From Candidatus Iainarchaeum sp. (GTDB lineage: Archaea > Iainarchaeota > Iainarchaeia > Iainarchaeales > JAGVWC01): a stretch of 64,000 nt of DNA. This document shows, one piece after another, positions 18,808 to 28,554 of this stretch. The stretch covers positions 64,001 through 128,000 of the forward strand of contig JAGVWC010000012.1 of assembly GCA_018304465.1 (NCBI GenBank), written 5' to 3'. The position numbers were made by a program, and so were the translations under genes. The stretch's first letter is position 1, and every line of letters begins with the position of its first letter. The notes beneath the pieces were generated by a model that did not search any database, was not told the DNA's origin, and worked only from the letters and a program-made list of their open reading frames with translations.

Positions 18808-19526
18808 GTAGTAAAGGCGGACGCACGACGTCCAAACGATTGGCTTTGCCACGCGTTCGAACCGTGATTAAGAAAGCCCGGACATGGGCGATTCGACCAA
18901 GCCCCGGAAGCCACAGCCAGGAAACGGCTGTGCCGTTGGGTTCGGTTTTGCGCGATGTGTTAGGCGTTACGACCAATGCGTTGGAAACCCGACGCGTGCT
19001 TTCGACCGGAACCGTTTTCGTGAATTCGAAAAAGCGAAAAGAACGCAAGTTCGCCGTGGGATTGTTTGACGTGGTGTATCTGGAAACCGCGAAAAAATAT
19101 TATCGAATGGTATTGAACGGCAGAGGCCGGCTGGTACCGCTTGAGATTACAAAAGACGACGGAAAGTTTTCGGTTGAAAAAGTCACGAAAAAAGTGCTTT
19201 CGAAAGGGCACTTGTTCCAATTGACCACCAATGCGGGTTCGACGTTCATGCAAAAAGACGGAAAAGTCCCCGTGGGCGCTTCATTGAAAGTGGATTTGGA
19301 ACACCGGAAAATCGTGGATACGTTTGAGATGAAAGAAGGACATTTGGCGTACATTGTGGGCGGAACTCACCGCGGCAGTGTCGCGACCATTGAAAACATT
19401 TCCCCGTCAACCATGCAAAAAGAAAGCCTGGTTTCGCTGAAAGGGGACAGCGAGTTTCAGACGATTACGGAAAACGTGTTCGTGATCGGAAACAAGAAAG
19501 CCGCGATCGCGGTGGAAAAGGAATAA
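18804..19526 (+). CDS. rps4e: 30S ribosomal protein eS4
   Basis: PSPGSH, VGLFDVV, GGTHRG. Confidence 0.95.
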   Translation: MSSKGGRTTSKRLALPRVRTVIKKARTWAIRPSPGSHSQETAVPLGSVLRDVLGVTTNALETRRVLSTGTVFVNSKKRKERKFAVGLFDVVYLETAKKYYRMVLNGRGRLVPLEITKDDGKFSVEKVTKKVLSKGHLFQLTTNAGSTFMQKDGKVPVGASLKVDLEHRKIVDTFEMKEGHLAYIVGGTHRGSVATIENISPSTMQKESLVSLKGDSEFQTITENVFVIGNKKAAIAVEKE

Positions 19527-19540
19527 TTGACAAGTGATAA

Positions 19541-20062
19541 ATGATGGCAGAAGAAAACAAGATGCGCGAAATCCGTGTGGCCAAAGTAACGGTCAACATG
19601 GGTGTCGGACAGCCAGGTGAAGGACTAAAGAACGCCCAAACGATTCTCGAAATGATTACGGGAACGAAGTCGGTGCAAACCCAAGCCAAGGTCCGCTTGC
19701 CCACGTGGAATATCCGCCCGGGTCTTCCGATCGGAGCCAAGACCACGTTGCGAAAGCAAAAAGCGCAGGATTTCCTAAAACGCGCGTTTCTTGCCAAGAG
19801 CAACACGTTAAAAAAGAAAAATTTTGACAAAATGGGAAATTTCGGTTTTGGTATCCGCGAACACATTGATTTACAGGGAATCAAATACGATCCGAAGATG
19901 GGTATCCGCGGTTTCGACGTGTTGGTTTCGCTTGAGCGACCCGGTTACCGCGTTTCGAAACGAAAGTTGGGCAAAGGAACGATCGGCCGCACGCATGTGA
20001 TTACAAGAGACGAAGGAATTGCGTTTGTTGAAAAGAAATTCGGAGTGAAAGTCAATGACTAA
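19541..20062 (+). CDS. rpl5: 50S ribosomal protein uL5
   Basis: [30 protein letters not shown]. Confidence 0.97.
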   Translation: MMAEENKMREIRVAKVTVNMGVGQPGEGLKNAQTILEMITGTKSVQTQAKVRLPTWNIRPGLPIGAKTTLRKQKAQDFLKRAFLAKSNTLKKKNFDKMGNFGFGIREHIDLQGIKYDPKMGIRGFDVLVSLERPGYRVSKRKLGKGTIGRTHVITRDEGIAFVEKKFGVKVND

Positions 20063-20240
20063 CGGCGACAAAAAAGTGGACCGGCACAATCAGAAAAAAG
20101 TGCGCAGCCCAAAACTAAAGGAATTCCATTGCCGTATCTGCGGAGGCGGCAGGGGAATGATCAGGAAATACGGAATCAATCTTTGTCGAAGATGCTTCAA
20201 GGATTACGCAGAAAAATTGGGATTTAGGAAGTTTGATTAG
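20055..20240 (+). CDS. rps14: 30S ribosomal protein uS14
   Basis: CRIC...[13 protein letters not shown]. Confidence 0.95.
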   Translation: MTNGDKKVDRHNQKKVRSPKLKEFHCRICGGGRGMIRKYGINLCRRCFKDYAEKLGFRKFD

Positions 20241-20248
20241 GTGACGAA

Positions 20249-20638
20249 ATGAGCGTAGACCAGATTGCAAATGCATTGACGAGTATCAAGAATAGCGAAA
20301 GCGCGGCGAGACATACGTGTACGATTAAACCGGGCTCGAAACTCTTGAAAGAAATCCTGCGCGTAATGCAGGAAAATGGCTTTGTCAAGAAAGTGGATTG
20401 GAAAGAAACCCGACAAGGCGAGGAAGCCATCGTGTCATTGGAAGGACGCATTAACGAATGCCGCGTCGTCAAGCCGCGATATGCGGTCAAGAAAGACGAG
20501 TTCGAGCGGTTCGAAAAGAAGTTTTTGCCCGCGCGCGACATCGGAATTCTGATCGTAAGCACTCCTAAGGGTGTGTTTTCGCACAAGAAAGCCAAGGAAA
20601 ACGGCGTCGGCGGAAGACTGCTGGCGTACGTGTTTTAG
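20249..20638 (+). CDS. rps8: 30S ribosomal protein uS8
   Basis: IVSTPKGV, GGRLLAYVF. Confidence 0.97.
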   Translation: MSVDQIANALTSIKNSESAARHTCTIKPGSKLLKEILRVMQENGFVKKVDWKETRQGEEAIVSLEGRINECRVVKPRYAVKKDEFERFEKKFLPARDIGILIVSTPKGVFSHKKAKENGVGGRLLAYVF

Positions 20639-20643
20639 GTGAA

Positions 20644-21186
20644 ATGGTTATGGAAAAAAATATGCGACGAATCGAGTTGCCCCAAGGCATGGATGCCCAG
20701 ATAGACGGCGCCAAAGTCACGGTGAAAGGAAACGGACGCGAAGTCTCGAAAACGTTTTCGGCCGAAGGCGTTTCGTTTTCAAAAGAAGGCAACGCCATCG
20801 TTCTTACGGCGGTTCATTTGTCAAACCGCGAAGTTGCCAGAATGAACGCGATCGTGTCGCATGTCGAAAACCTGATCAAGGGAACCAAAAAGGATTACGA
20901 GTACAAAATGGGAATTGTTTTTTCGCATTTTCCGATGACGGTTAACGTCAAGGAATCGGTCGTGGAAATCAACAATTTTCTCGGAGAAAAAAAATCCCGC
21001 CGCGCGAAAATCGTGAAAGGAACCAAAGTCATGGTGAAAGGAAAAGAAGTAGTCGTCACGGGATCCAATAAGGAACACGTGGGACAAACCGCGGCCAATA
21101 TTGAAGGCGCCGCCCGCGTGATCGGACGCGACAAACGCGTGTTTCAAGACGGAATTTTTATCGTTTCAAAATCAAAGCATGAGTAA
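20644..21186 (+). CDS. rpl6: 50S ribosomal protein uL6
   Basis: SHFPM, NFLGEK, DKRVFQDGI. Confidence 0.97.
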   Translation: MVMEKNMRRIELPQGMDAQIDGAKVTVKGNGREVSKTFSAEGVSFSKEGNAIVLTAVHLSNREVARMNAIVSHVENLIKGTKKDYEYKMGIVFSHFPMTVNVKESVVEINNFLGEKKSRRAKIVKGTKVMVKGKEVVVTGSNKEHVGQTAANIEGAARVIGRDKRVFQDGIFIVSKSKHE

Positions 21187-21190
21187 GTGA

Positions 21191-21676
21191 ATGAATATGG
21201 TAACCAAAAAAACAGCAAAAGCAAACCCCAAAGCAGCGGCAAAACCGCAGGCCGCACCAAGTGCGCCAAAGACGGCGAAAAAAGCGGGACCCCGAAAAGG
21301 AAAAGCCAAGGACATAAAGATTAAGCGATTACAGAAAAAAATCAAAGTCAAATACCGCCCCATGTTTCGCGGCCGGTTCGGAAGCCGAAGCGTTCGACGC
21401 GTGTCGCTTGAAAAATGGCAGAAGTGGCGCAGAACCCGCGGAGTCGATACGCGAAGAAACCAGGAAGACGGTTTGGTGGTCGACTCGGGTTACCGGACTC
21501 CAAACGACATCCGGGGACTGCATCCAAGCGGTTATTCGGAAATGCGCGTGTTTTCGCCAAGCGAAGTTGTTGCAAAGCCCAACGTGGTGTTGCGTATCGG
21601 CCGAACGGTGGGAAAAGCCAAGCGAAAATTGATTTTGGCCAAGGCCCGCGAAATCGGAATTGAAGTGTTGAACTGA
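21191..21676 (+). CDS. rpl32e: 50S ribosomal protein eL32 with K/A/P-rich N-terminal extension
   Basis: WRRTRG, GYRTP..IRGLHPSG. Confidence 0.93.
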   Translation: MNMVTKKTAKANPKAAAKPQAAPSAPKTAKKAGPRKGKAKDIKIKRLQKKIKVKYRPMFRGRFGSRSVRRVSLEKWQKWRRTRGVDTRRNQEDGLVVDSGYRTPNDIRGLHPSGYSEMRVFSPSEVVAKPNVVLRIGRTVGKAKRKLILAKAREIGIEVLN

Positions 21677-21687
21677 AGGGATAAAAA

Positions 21688-22125
21688 ATGGAACTGCAAA
21701 AGATCAAACGATTGGCGGCAACGGTCCTAAAAACCGGCGAACGCAACGTGTGGATGAATCCGGATGAAACCAAGCGGATTTCCGAAGCCCTCACCAAGGA
21801 AGACGTCCGACAATTGATTACCGAAAAATTGATCAAGAAAACAAAGACCCAAGGTCATTCGCGCGGAAAAGCACGGATCTTAAAGGCCAAGAAAAAGAAA
21901 GGCCGAAAACGAGGATATGGAAAGCGACGCGGAACCAAAAAGACCCGCATGGACAAGAAAGCCCAGTGGATTTCGATGGTACGCGGACAACGCAGGTATC
22001 TGCGCGAGTTGCGCGAAAAGAAATCCATTTCGAAAGAAATGTATACGCGCATTTACACGCTGATCAAAGGCGGATATTTCAAGGGAAAACGACAGATTGA
22101 ATTGTTTGTTAAGGAAAACAAGTGA
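21688..22125 (+). CDS. rpl19e: 50S ribosomal protein eL19
   Basis: KRLAA, VWMNP, GYGKRRG, IKGGYF. Confidence 0.95.
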   Translation: MELQKIKRLAATVLKTGERNVWMNPDETKRISEALTKEDVRQLITEKLIKKTKTQGHSRGKARILKAKKKKGRKRGYGKRRGTKKTRMDKKAQWISMVRGQRRYLRELREKKSISKEMYTRIYTLIKGGYFKGKRQIELFVKENK

Positions 22126-22131
22126 TATGAA

Positions 22132-22737
22132 ATGACCCATAAATCAACCTACAAATTGTTGTTCAAACGCCGACGAAGCGGAAAAACAAATTACGCCAAG
22201 CGACTGGCGTTGCTAAAATCACACCAGCCGCGGCTCGTGGTCCGAAAAAGCAACAACTTGATGAAATTGCAGATCGTCCAGTATTCGGAAAAAGGAGACT
22301 TCACGGTTGTTTCGTCGAGTTCGCAGGAACTCGGGGGATTCAATTGGAAATCGAATCTGGGAAACGTTCCCTCCGCGTATTTGGCGGGTTTTTTGCTTGG
22401 AAAACGCGCGGTGGCCGCAGGAATCAAAACCGCGGTGCTTGACATCGGATTGCATACGCCGATGCACAAAGGACGCATTTTTTCGGCGGTCAAAGGCGTG
22501 CTGGACGCGGGTTTGACTGTTCCGGTGGGCGAAGACGCGTTGCCGGATGAAAAACGCGTAAGCGGAAAGCATATTGAAGCGTTTGCACAAAAATTGGATG
22601 GCGAAAAAGCCAAGAAACAGTTTTCAAAAGAAATGCAAAACGGGTTTGATCCGAAAAAAATCTCGGAATCGTTTACGCAGGTCAAAAGCGCGATTGAAAA
22701 AGACCCGGCAAAAAAAACCGTGAAAACCAAAAAGTAA
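22132..22737 (+). CDS. rpl18: 50S ribosomal protein uL18
   Basis: RRRSGKTNYAKR, RLVVRKSN, VLDIGL. Confidence 0.96.
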   Translation: MTHKSTYKLLFKRRRSGKTNYAKRLALLKSHQPRLVVRKSNNLMKLQIVQYSEKGDFTVVSSSSQELGGFNWKSNLGNVPSAYLAGFLLGKRAVAAGIKTAVLDIGLHTPMHKGRIFSAVKGVLDAGLTVPVGEDALPDEKRVSGKHIEAFAQKLDGEKAKKQFSKEMQNGFDPKKISESFTQVKSAIEKDPAKKTVKTKK

Positions 22738-22750
22738 TGTTGAGTGATCG

Positions 22751-23466
22751 ATGATGGTACGAAAGCAAAAAGCAGGAGAAAGAAAAGGAGACCGCAGAGG
22801 ACGACGCGGAGGCGACGAATTTTCAGTCGAAGCCATGCGCGAAAAAGAAAACGAAAAACGATTAAACGACTGGGTTCCCAAAACCGAATTGGGTAAACGC
22901 GTTAAAAACGGCGAAATCGAATCGCTCGATTACATTTACGATCACGGATACAAGATTTTGGAACCCGAAATCGTGGATGCTTTGATGTCAAACGCCATGG
23001 ACAAAATGGTGGAACTCAAAAAAACCGCGCGTGTCGTGCGAAGCGGACGACAGTTTTCCTACCGGGCCACGGTTTTGGTTGGAAACGGAAAAGGATTTAT
23101 CGGAGTCGGAATCGCGTCCGATCGCGAACGCGTGCCGGCTTTGCAGAAAGCGAAACGAAAAGCGAAACTTTCTTTGGTTCGCGTTTACCGCGGTTGCGGA
23201 AGTTGGGAATGCAAATGCGGATTGCCCCATTCGTTGCCGTTTACCACGAAAGGAAAAATGGGTTCGGTTAAAGTGGAACTCATGTCGGCGCCCCGGGGAC
23301 TCGGGCTTGTGGTCGGAGAACACATCAAAGACGTGCTCCGATTCGGTGGAATCTCGGACGCGTGGTCTAAGCCGCTGTGAACGCGCTGGAACGTGCAAGC
23401 AAAATGCAGCAATCGGAAGAGATCACCAGAAAGATCGGCCGAATGGACGCAAAAGAGAGGATGTAA
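22751..23466 (+). CDS. rps5: 30S ribosomal protein uS5, interrupted by an apparent ~40-nt deletion/frameshift near 23370
   Basis: WVPKTELG, GCGSWEC, PRGLGLV; frame stops at 23380 after DAWSK, while the C-terminus AAVNAL... continues in another frame (23371-23466) up to the rpl30 ATG. Confidence 0.9.
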
Positions 23467-23928
23467 ATGTTGGCAGTTGTTCGAATCAAAGGCGAAGTGC
23501 ACACGCCGTATGACGTGCGCGATACCATGAAAATGCTCCGGTTGGAACGCATCAATCACATGATCGTTCTTTCGGATTCGCCGGTCAATCACGGAATGCT
23601 CAAAAAAGTCGAGCACTTGATTACGTACGGTCCGGTCGACGCCCAGACGTTTTCGCGCGTGCTTGAAAAACGCGGAAAGCTTTCAGGAGACAAAAAACTC
23701 GATGCGGAATTCTTAAAAACCCACAAAGCGAAGAATCTAGATGAAGTCGCGGAATGGGTGCTTTCGCAAAAGAAATCATTAAAAGACCTTGGAGTCAAAC
23801 CGGTGTTTCGTCTTCACCCCCCCAAAAAAGGATTCGGACGCACCGGTGTCAAAACCGGTTTTTCGATGGGCGGCGGATCCGGAGATCGAAAAGAAAAGAT
23901 CAATGATTTGATCAAACGCATGAGCTAA
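23467..23928 (+). CDS. rpl30: 50S ribosomal protein uL30
   Basis: AVVRIKG, FRLHPPKKGF, INDLIKRM. Confidence 0.95.
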   Translation: MLAVVRIKGEVHTPYDVRDTMKMLRLERINHMIVLSDSPVNHGMLKKVEHLITYGPVDAQTFSRVLEKRGKLSGDKKLDAEFLKTHKAKNLDEVAEWVLSQKKSLKDLGVKPVFRLHPPKKGFGRTGVKTGFSMGGGSGDRKEKINDLIKRMS

Positions 23929-23944
23929 AACAGGATTGAATAGC

Positions 23945-24379
23945 ATGGTTGTTCGAAAAGGAAAAAAAAGCGTTAAAAAACTCGGGAACAGAACCCGCCA
24001 CGGAAACAAAAAGAACTGGCGTGGAAAAGGAAGCCGGGGCGGAAAAGGCCACGCGGGAAGCCAAAAACAAAAGCGAAACTCGTATCAGCATTTGTTCGGC
24101 AAAAAAATCCGCATGGCGCGAAAATCCATCAAACCCATCGCGGTGAACCTGCGGGAACTTGACGCGTTGATTCCGATGTGGATTGAACAAAAACTGGTTG
24201 AAAAGAACAAAGACGGTCAGTTCGTGATTGACGGGAAAAAAGTCGGGATTCAAAAAGTGCTCGGCGGCGGAGACACCGAACTGGATGTTGTGTTTGTGAA
24301 CATTAAGTTAACCAAGAAAGCAAGCGATAAGGTGGAAGGAACCGAGTTCGAGTCTTTAGGCGGAGAGGAAAGTCAATGA
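23945..24379 (+). CDS. rpl15: 50S ribosomal protein uL15
   Basis: RGKGSRGGKGHAG, KVLGGG. Confidence 0.93.
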   Translation: MVVRKGKKSVKKLGNRTRHGNKKNWRGKGSRGGKGHAGSQKQKRNSYQHLFGKKIRMARKSIKPIAVNLRELDALIPMWIEQKLVEKNKDGQFVIDGKKVGIQKVLGGGDTELDVVFVNIKLTKKASDKVEGTEFESLGGEESQ

Positions 24380-25764
24380 GTGCTTTTCTGAATGCGCTGG
24401 AGCCGTTTTACCGCTGGTTGCCAGAGGTAAAGACCCCGGAGCAGCAGCCCTCGTTGTCGAATCGGCTGAAATGGACATTCGGAGTATTGCTGATTTTTTT
24501 CGTCATGGGCGCCGTGTCCGTGATCGGATTGGATTTAAGCGCGTCTGCCGGCGGACAATTGTCCACGTTGCAGTTCATTTTGGCGTCCAATATCGGAACC
24601 TTGATTACGGTTGGAATCGGACCCATTGTGCTTGCGTCGATTATTTTGCAGTTGTTGGTCGGCGGAAAAATCATCAACGTGGATTTAAGCAATCCGAAAG
24701 ACAAAGCGCGTTTTAGTTCCGCACAAAAATTATTGGCGTTGATATTGTGTTTTTTCGAATCGTTAGCGTATGTCATCGGCGGACTTGTCGCGCCGCAAGC
24801 GGGCTGGTTTATTCCCGTCGTGCTGCAGATTGCGCTTGGTTCGATTATTTTGATGTATTTGGATGAAGTCGTTTCCAAATATGGAATCGGAAGCGGAATC
24901 GGTTTGTTCATTGCGGCCGGAGTCGCAAGCCACATCGTGTGGAGAATTTTTAATCCGTTTAACACCATTGGTCAGTTCGATCCGTTAAACGGAAGCGGAT
25001 TGTTGTTTTTGTTTTTCGCGAATCTTGGATCCGGAATCCTGGGCGCGGGAGTCGCGTATTTGCTTCCGATCTTAATCACGTTGATTATCTTTTTCGTGGT
25101 CGTGTTTGTCGAAGGAATGCATGTCAATATTCCGATTACCATGGGTCGCGCCGGAGTCGGCGGACGATTTCCCGTGAAATTATTGTATGTTTCGAATGTT
25201 CCGGTGATTTTGGCGGCTGCGTTTTTGGCGAATATTCAGTTGCTGTCGACCGCAGGGCAAAAGATTCCCTTGATTGGCAGCGTGTTCGCAGCGATTTCGA
25301 GTTTTTTAACGACGCCCAACGGGTTGCTGGTGACGATTATTCAGCAGTTGGTGCAAGGCGGCGGAGACATCGCGTTTTTGCTTCCGCAAATCGGGCATGC
25401 GGCGGTGTATTTGGTGTTTTTTACGATTATTTGCGTGGTATTTGGAAAACTATGGGTGGAATTGGCGGGCCAGGGAAGCGGCGCGGTTTCCGAGCAGTTA
25501 CAGCGCGCGGGCATGTCGATTCCGGGTTTTCGACGGGATCCGAGGGTCATGCGACAGGTTTTGGATCGGTATATCCCGACTATTACCATTCTGGGGTCTG
25601 CGTTCGTAGGAATTTTAGCCGGTTTTGCGGATTTAACCAATGCCTTGGGGACCGGAACCGGGATTTTGCTGACCGTCGGTATTGTATACCGTTTATACGA
25701 GGATTTGGCCAAACAGCAGGTATTTGAATCAAACCCTATGCTGGCCAAGATGATCGGGGGATAA
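24376..25764 (+). CDS. secY: Preprotein translocase SecY/Sec61-alpha
   Basis: GIGPIVLASIILQLL, GIGSGIGLFI, IPGFRRD, GTGILLTV. Confidence 0.97.
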   Translation: MSAFLNALEPFYRWLPEVKTPEQQPSLSNRLKWTFGVLLIFFVMGAVSVIGLDLSASAGGQLSTLQFILASNIGTLITVGIGPIVLASIILQLLVGGKIINVDLSNPKDKARFSSAQKLLALILCFFESLAYVIGGLVAPQAGWFIPVVLQIALGSIILMYLDEVVSKYGIGSGIGLFIAAGVASHIVWRIFNPFNTIGQFDPLNGSGLLFLFFANLGSGILGAGVAYLLPILITLIIFFVVVFVEGMHVNIPITMGRAGVGGRFPVKLLYVSNVPVILAAAFLANIQLLSTAGQKIPLIGSVFAAISSFLTTPNGLLVTIIQQLVQGGGDIAFLLPQIGHAAVYLVFFTIICVVFGKLWVELAGQGSGAVSEQLQRAGMSIPGFRRDPRVMRQVLDRYIPTITILGSAFVGILAGFADLTNALGTGTGILLTVGIVYRLYEDLAKQQVFESNPMLAKMIGG

Positions 25765-25852
25765 CAAGAATTTTTTAAATGAATCGGCAGAAGAATATGT
25801 AATATACAAAAAACCCGTTTTGCCGATTTTTTTGCGTCTTTTGGTGCATAGA

Positions 25853-26326
25853 ATGGTATTTGGGTTCCCGGTAAGCATTGAAATCTTCGCCTTTTCGGCT
25901 TTATTGGCCGTGGTGTCAAAGGTTTTGCAGTTTACCTTGATGGACCGAAAAGCCTTTTTGGCAAGCCAAAAGCAAATGAAAGAACAGCAAAAAAAAATGC
26001 AGGAATTGGCAAGTAAGGAGGATGCAGAATCGAAGAAAGAACTCGAATCATTGCAAACGCAAATGTTGGAAAATTTCAATAAGTCCATTCAGATGATGGG
26101 AAAAATGATGGTCGTAAGCCTCGTGGTTTTCGGACCCGCATTGTATTTTCTCCAAGCATGGTTCGGTGGAAGCCTGGTGCAGTTGCCGTTTCCGTTGCCG
26201 ATTGTTCATCGGGATTTGTCGTTTGAGATTACGAGTACGATCAGTTGGTTCTGGACGTATATTTATTCTTCGCTCGTCTCGAGTTTGATCATCGGGGCGA
26301 TTTTGAAAGCGTTGAAAATGGAATAA
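25853..26326 (+). CDS. EMC3/TMCO1 (DUF106, Oxa1-superfamily) membrane protein
   Basis: TM helix, coiled coil, then TM helices with SWFWTYIYSS; canonical position after secY. Confidence 0.85.
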   Translation: MVFGFPVSIEIFAFSALLAVVSKVLQFTLMDRKAFLASQKQMKEQQKKMQELASKEDAESKKELESLQTQMLENFNKSIQMMGKMMVVSLVVFGPALYFLQAWFGGSLVQLPFPLPIVHRDLSFEITSTISWFWTYIYSSLVSSLIIGAILKALKME

Positions 26327-26338
26327 AGGATTGAAACA

Positions 26339-26677
26339 ATGACCAGCCACGGAAGAAAAGGAAAACGCGCAAAGACGCGCAAAGGAATCGCGGGACACAA
26401 AACCAAAATGGTTTCAGCCAAGCACGGCAAACGCTTCTGCGCGATCAACGGAGAATTGCTGCATGGCGTTCCGCATGGACACACATTGGTGGAAGTTCGG
26501 AAACTGTCCAAGACCAAGCGTAGACCCAGCCGGATTTTCGGCGGGATTCTTTCCGGAAAAGCGACGAAACGCATCATCGAAGACGCGGCCGCGGTCCGGT
26601 TCGGAACCAAGCGCATCGAAGACGTGGAATTGCGATATAAAAAATTCGTGGAACAAGCGCTGCGAACAATGGAGTAA
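26339..26677 (+). CDS. rpl34e: 50S ribosomal protein eL34
   Basis: LHGVP, KTKRRPSRIFGG; position in cluster. Confidence 0.85.
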   Translation: MTSHGRKGKRAKTRKGIAGHKTKMVSAKHGKRFCAINGELLHGVPHGHTLVEVRKLSKTKRRPSRIFGGILSGKATKRIIEDAAAVRFGTKRIEDVELRYKKFVEQALRTME

Positions 26678-26697
26678 AAAAAGAAAAGGGATGAATT

Positions 26698-26919
26698 ATG
26701 GCAGGAATTGAAGTAGGACGCATTTGCATCAAGACAACGGGTCGAAACGCGGGAAAACGCGTGGTCGTTGTCGATATTGAAAAAGACGGGTTTGTTACGA
26801 TCGAAGGCGTGGAAGTCAAGCGCAAACGCTGTAATCCAAGCCATTTGTTTGTCACGCCGGAAAAGGCGGAATTGAAAAAAGGAGCCAAACGAGAAGAAAT
26901 CGTTTCGGCGCTCAAGTGA
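26698..26919 (+). CDS. rpl14e: 50S ribosomal protein eL14
   Basis: EVGRICIKTTGRNAGK, KRKRCNPSHL. Confidence 0.93.
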   Translation: MAGIEVGRICIKTTGRNAGKRVVVVDIEKDGFVTIEGVEVKRKRCNPSHLFVTPEKAELKKGAKREEIVSALK

Positions 26920-26931
26920 GTTGAATAAAAT

Positions 26932-27465
26932 ATGACTGAGAAAAAAGAAATTCGATACATTGTCCGGATCATCAACAAGGATTTGACGGGAACCTCGCAG
27001 ATTTACAAGGCGGTTCAGGAAATCAAGGGAATCGGACAACGCATGGGAAAAAACATCGCGGAAGCGTTTGAAAAAGAAACCGGCGTGTCTCGACACACGC
27101 GCATCGGCGAAATGACCGAGGATTTGGATCAAAAACTTGAAGACATAGTGTTGCATCCGGACAAGCACGGCTTGCCCAAATGGACTTTGAATCGCCAGCG
27201 CGATTTTGAAACGGGTGCCACGACGCACATGGTCATGAGCGAACTGGATTTTGCGATCCGAAAGGATTTGCAGCGGCTCAATCAGATCAAGTCGTATCGT
27301 GGTTTGCGCCATTCATGGGGATTGCCCGTGCGCGGACAAAAAACCAAGTCGACTCACCGCGGAAAAGGCGGAGTGGTCGGTGTCACCAAGAAAGACGCCA
27401 AGGGCGGAGCATCGGCTTCGGCGGCAAAACCAGCCGCACCAGCCAAGCCCGCGGCCAAGAAATGA
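26932..27465 (+). CDS. rps13: 30S ribosomal protein uS13
   Basis: IKGIG, SYRGLRH.WGLPVRGQKTK. Confidence 0.97.
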   Translation: MTEKKEIRYIVRIINKDLTGTSQIYKAVQEIKGIGQRMGKNIAEAFEKETGVSRHTRIGEMTEDLDQKLEDIVLHPDKHGLPKWTLNRQRDFETGATTHMVMSELDFAIRKDLQRLNQIKSYRGLRHSWGLPVRGQKTKSTHRGKGGVVGVTKKDAKGGASASAAKPAAPAKPAAKK

Positions 27466-27483
27466 TTGAGAAAGGGATGTTAG

Positions 27484-28089
27484 ATGGGCGATACAAAAAA
27501 ACCAAAAAAGCAATATGCGCGTCCGCGAAAGCCGTGGGATCGCAACAGACTTGAAAGCGAAACAAAGCTTAAGGAAAATTTCGGCTTGAAAAACAAGCGG
27601 GAAATCCGAAGCGCGGAAGCGATCGTGCGCAAGAAACGCCAAAACGCGCGAATGCTCTTGGCGCTGACCATGGAAAAACGCGAAAAACAGCAAAAAGAAT
27701 TGCTGCAAAGCCTTGAAAAAATCGGGTTGCTTCGCAATAGCGCCGGGGTCGACGACGTGTTGAGCTTGTCGGTCACCGAAATGATGGAGCGTCGATTGCA
27801 AACCCAAGTCGTTCGAAAAGGATTGGCCAACACCATGAAACAAGCGCGCCAGTTCATCACGCACGGACACATTGCCATTAACGGCCGGAAAGTTTCAAGC
27901 CCGGGTTACATCGTTCGAAAAAACGAGGAAGACCACATCGGGTTTTACGGAAAACCGATAACCAACGCGAATCCGGAAACCAAAGCCGAAACCAAGAAAA
28001 AATTCGAGGAAGCGCTGCCCAAAGGCGAAGAAGCTCCGGCAAACCCCGAAGCGGAACAAGCGCCGATTGAAGCGGAAGGTGCACAATAA
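27484..28089 (+). CDS. rps4: 30S ribosomal protein uS4
   Basis: GLKNKRE, ERRLQT, QARQFITHGHI. Confidence 0.97.
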   Translation: MGDTKKPKKQYARPRKPWDRNRLESETKLKENFGLKNKREIRSAEAIVRKKRQNARMLLALTMEKREKQQKELLQSLEKIGLLRNSAGVDDVLSLSVTEMMERRLQTQVVRKGLANTMKQARQFITHGHIAINGRKVSSPGYIVRKNEEDHIGFYGKPITNANPETKAETKKKFEEALPKGEEAPANPEAEQAPIEAEGAQ

Positions 28090-28472
28090 TGGATAAGATC
28101 GGAATCATTCACATTTTTGCTTCGCATAACAACACGCAAATGTTGTTGACGGATCAGACCGGCGCGGAAACCATCGCGAAATCAACCGGTGGAATGACGA
28201 CCAAAGCCCAACACAAGGAAGGCTCGCCGTATACCGCCATGAAAATGGCCGAAGACATCGCGAACAAAGCCAAGGAACGCGGAATCCGCATCATCGACAT
28301 TAAGGTACGCGGATTTGGCGGAATTCGATCCCGAACACCGGGACCCGGCGCCGAAGCGTCCATCCGAAGCTTGACGCGAAACGGAATGCGCATTCGAAAC
28401 ATTGAAAACGTTACACCGGTTCCGCATGATGGAACCCGAAAGAAAAAGAAATTCAGAGGAAAGAAGAAATAA
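28089..28472 (+). CDS. rps11: 30S ribosomal protein uS11
   Basis: HIFASHNNT, PGPGAE, TPVPHDG. Confidence 0.97.
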   Translation: MDKIGIIHIFASHNNTQMLLTDQTGAETIAKSTGGMTTKAQHKEGSPYTAMKMAEDIANKAKERGIRIIDIKVRGFGGIRSRTPGPGAEASIRSLTRNGMRIRNIENVTPVPHDGTRKKKKFRGKKK

Positions 28473-28554
28473 CGTAGTTGAAAAGCCTGGCGAAAAAAAC
28501 CGTTTTGCGGTTTTCGCCGGTTTTTGAAAAAAGCAAAAGGAGAGCGAAAAAACG

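Noticed and set aside
23366-23380. Programmed frameshift or TGA readthrough in rps5
   Set aside because: No slippery site, and about 13 conserved codons are physically missing
26263-27312. 349-aa minus-strand ORF and other long antisense ORFs (e.g. 41091-42047, 43488-44276, 56769-57209)
   Set aside because: Shadows of well-supported + strand core genes with no recognisable motifs
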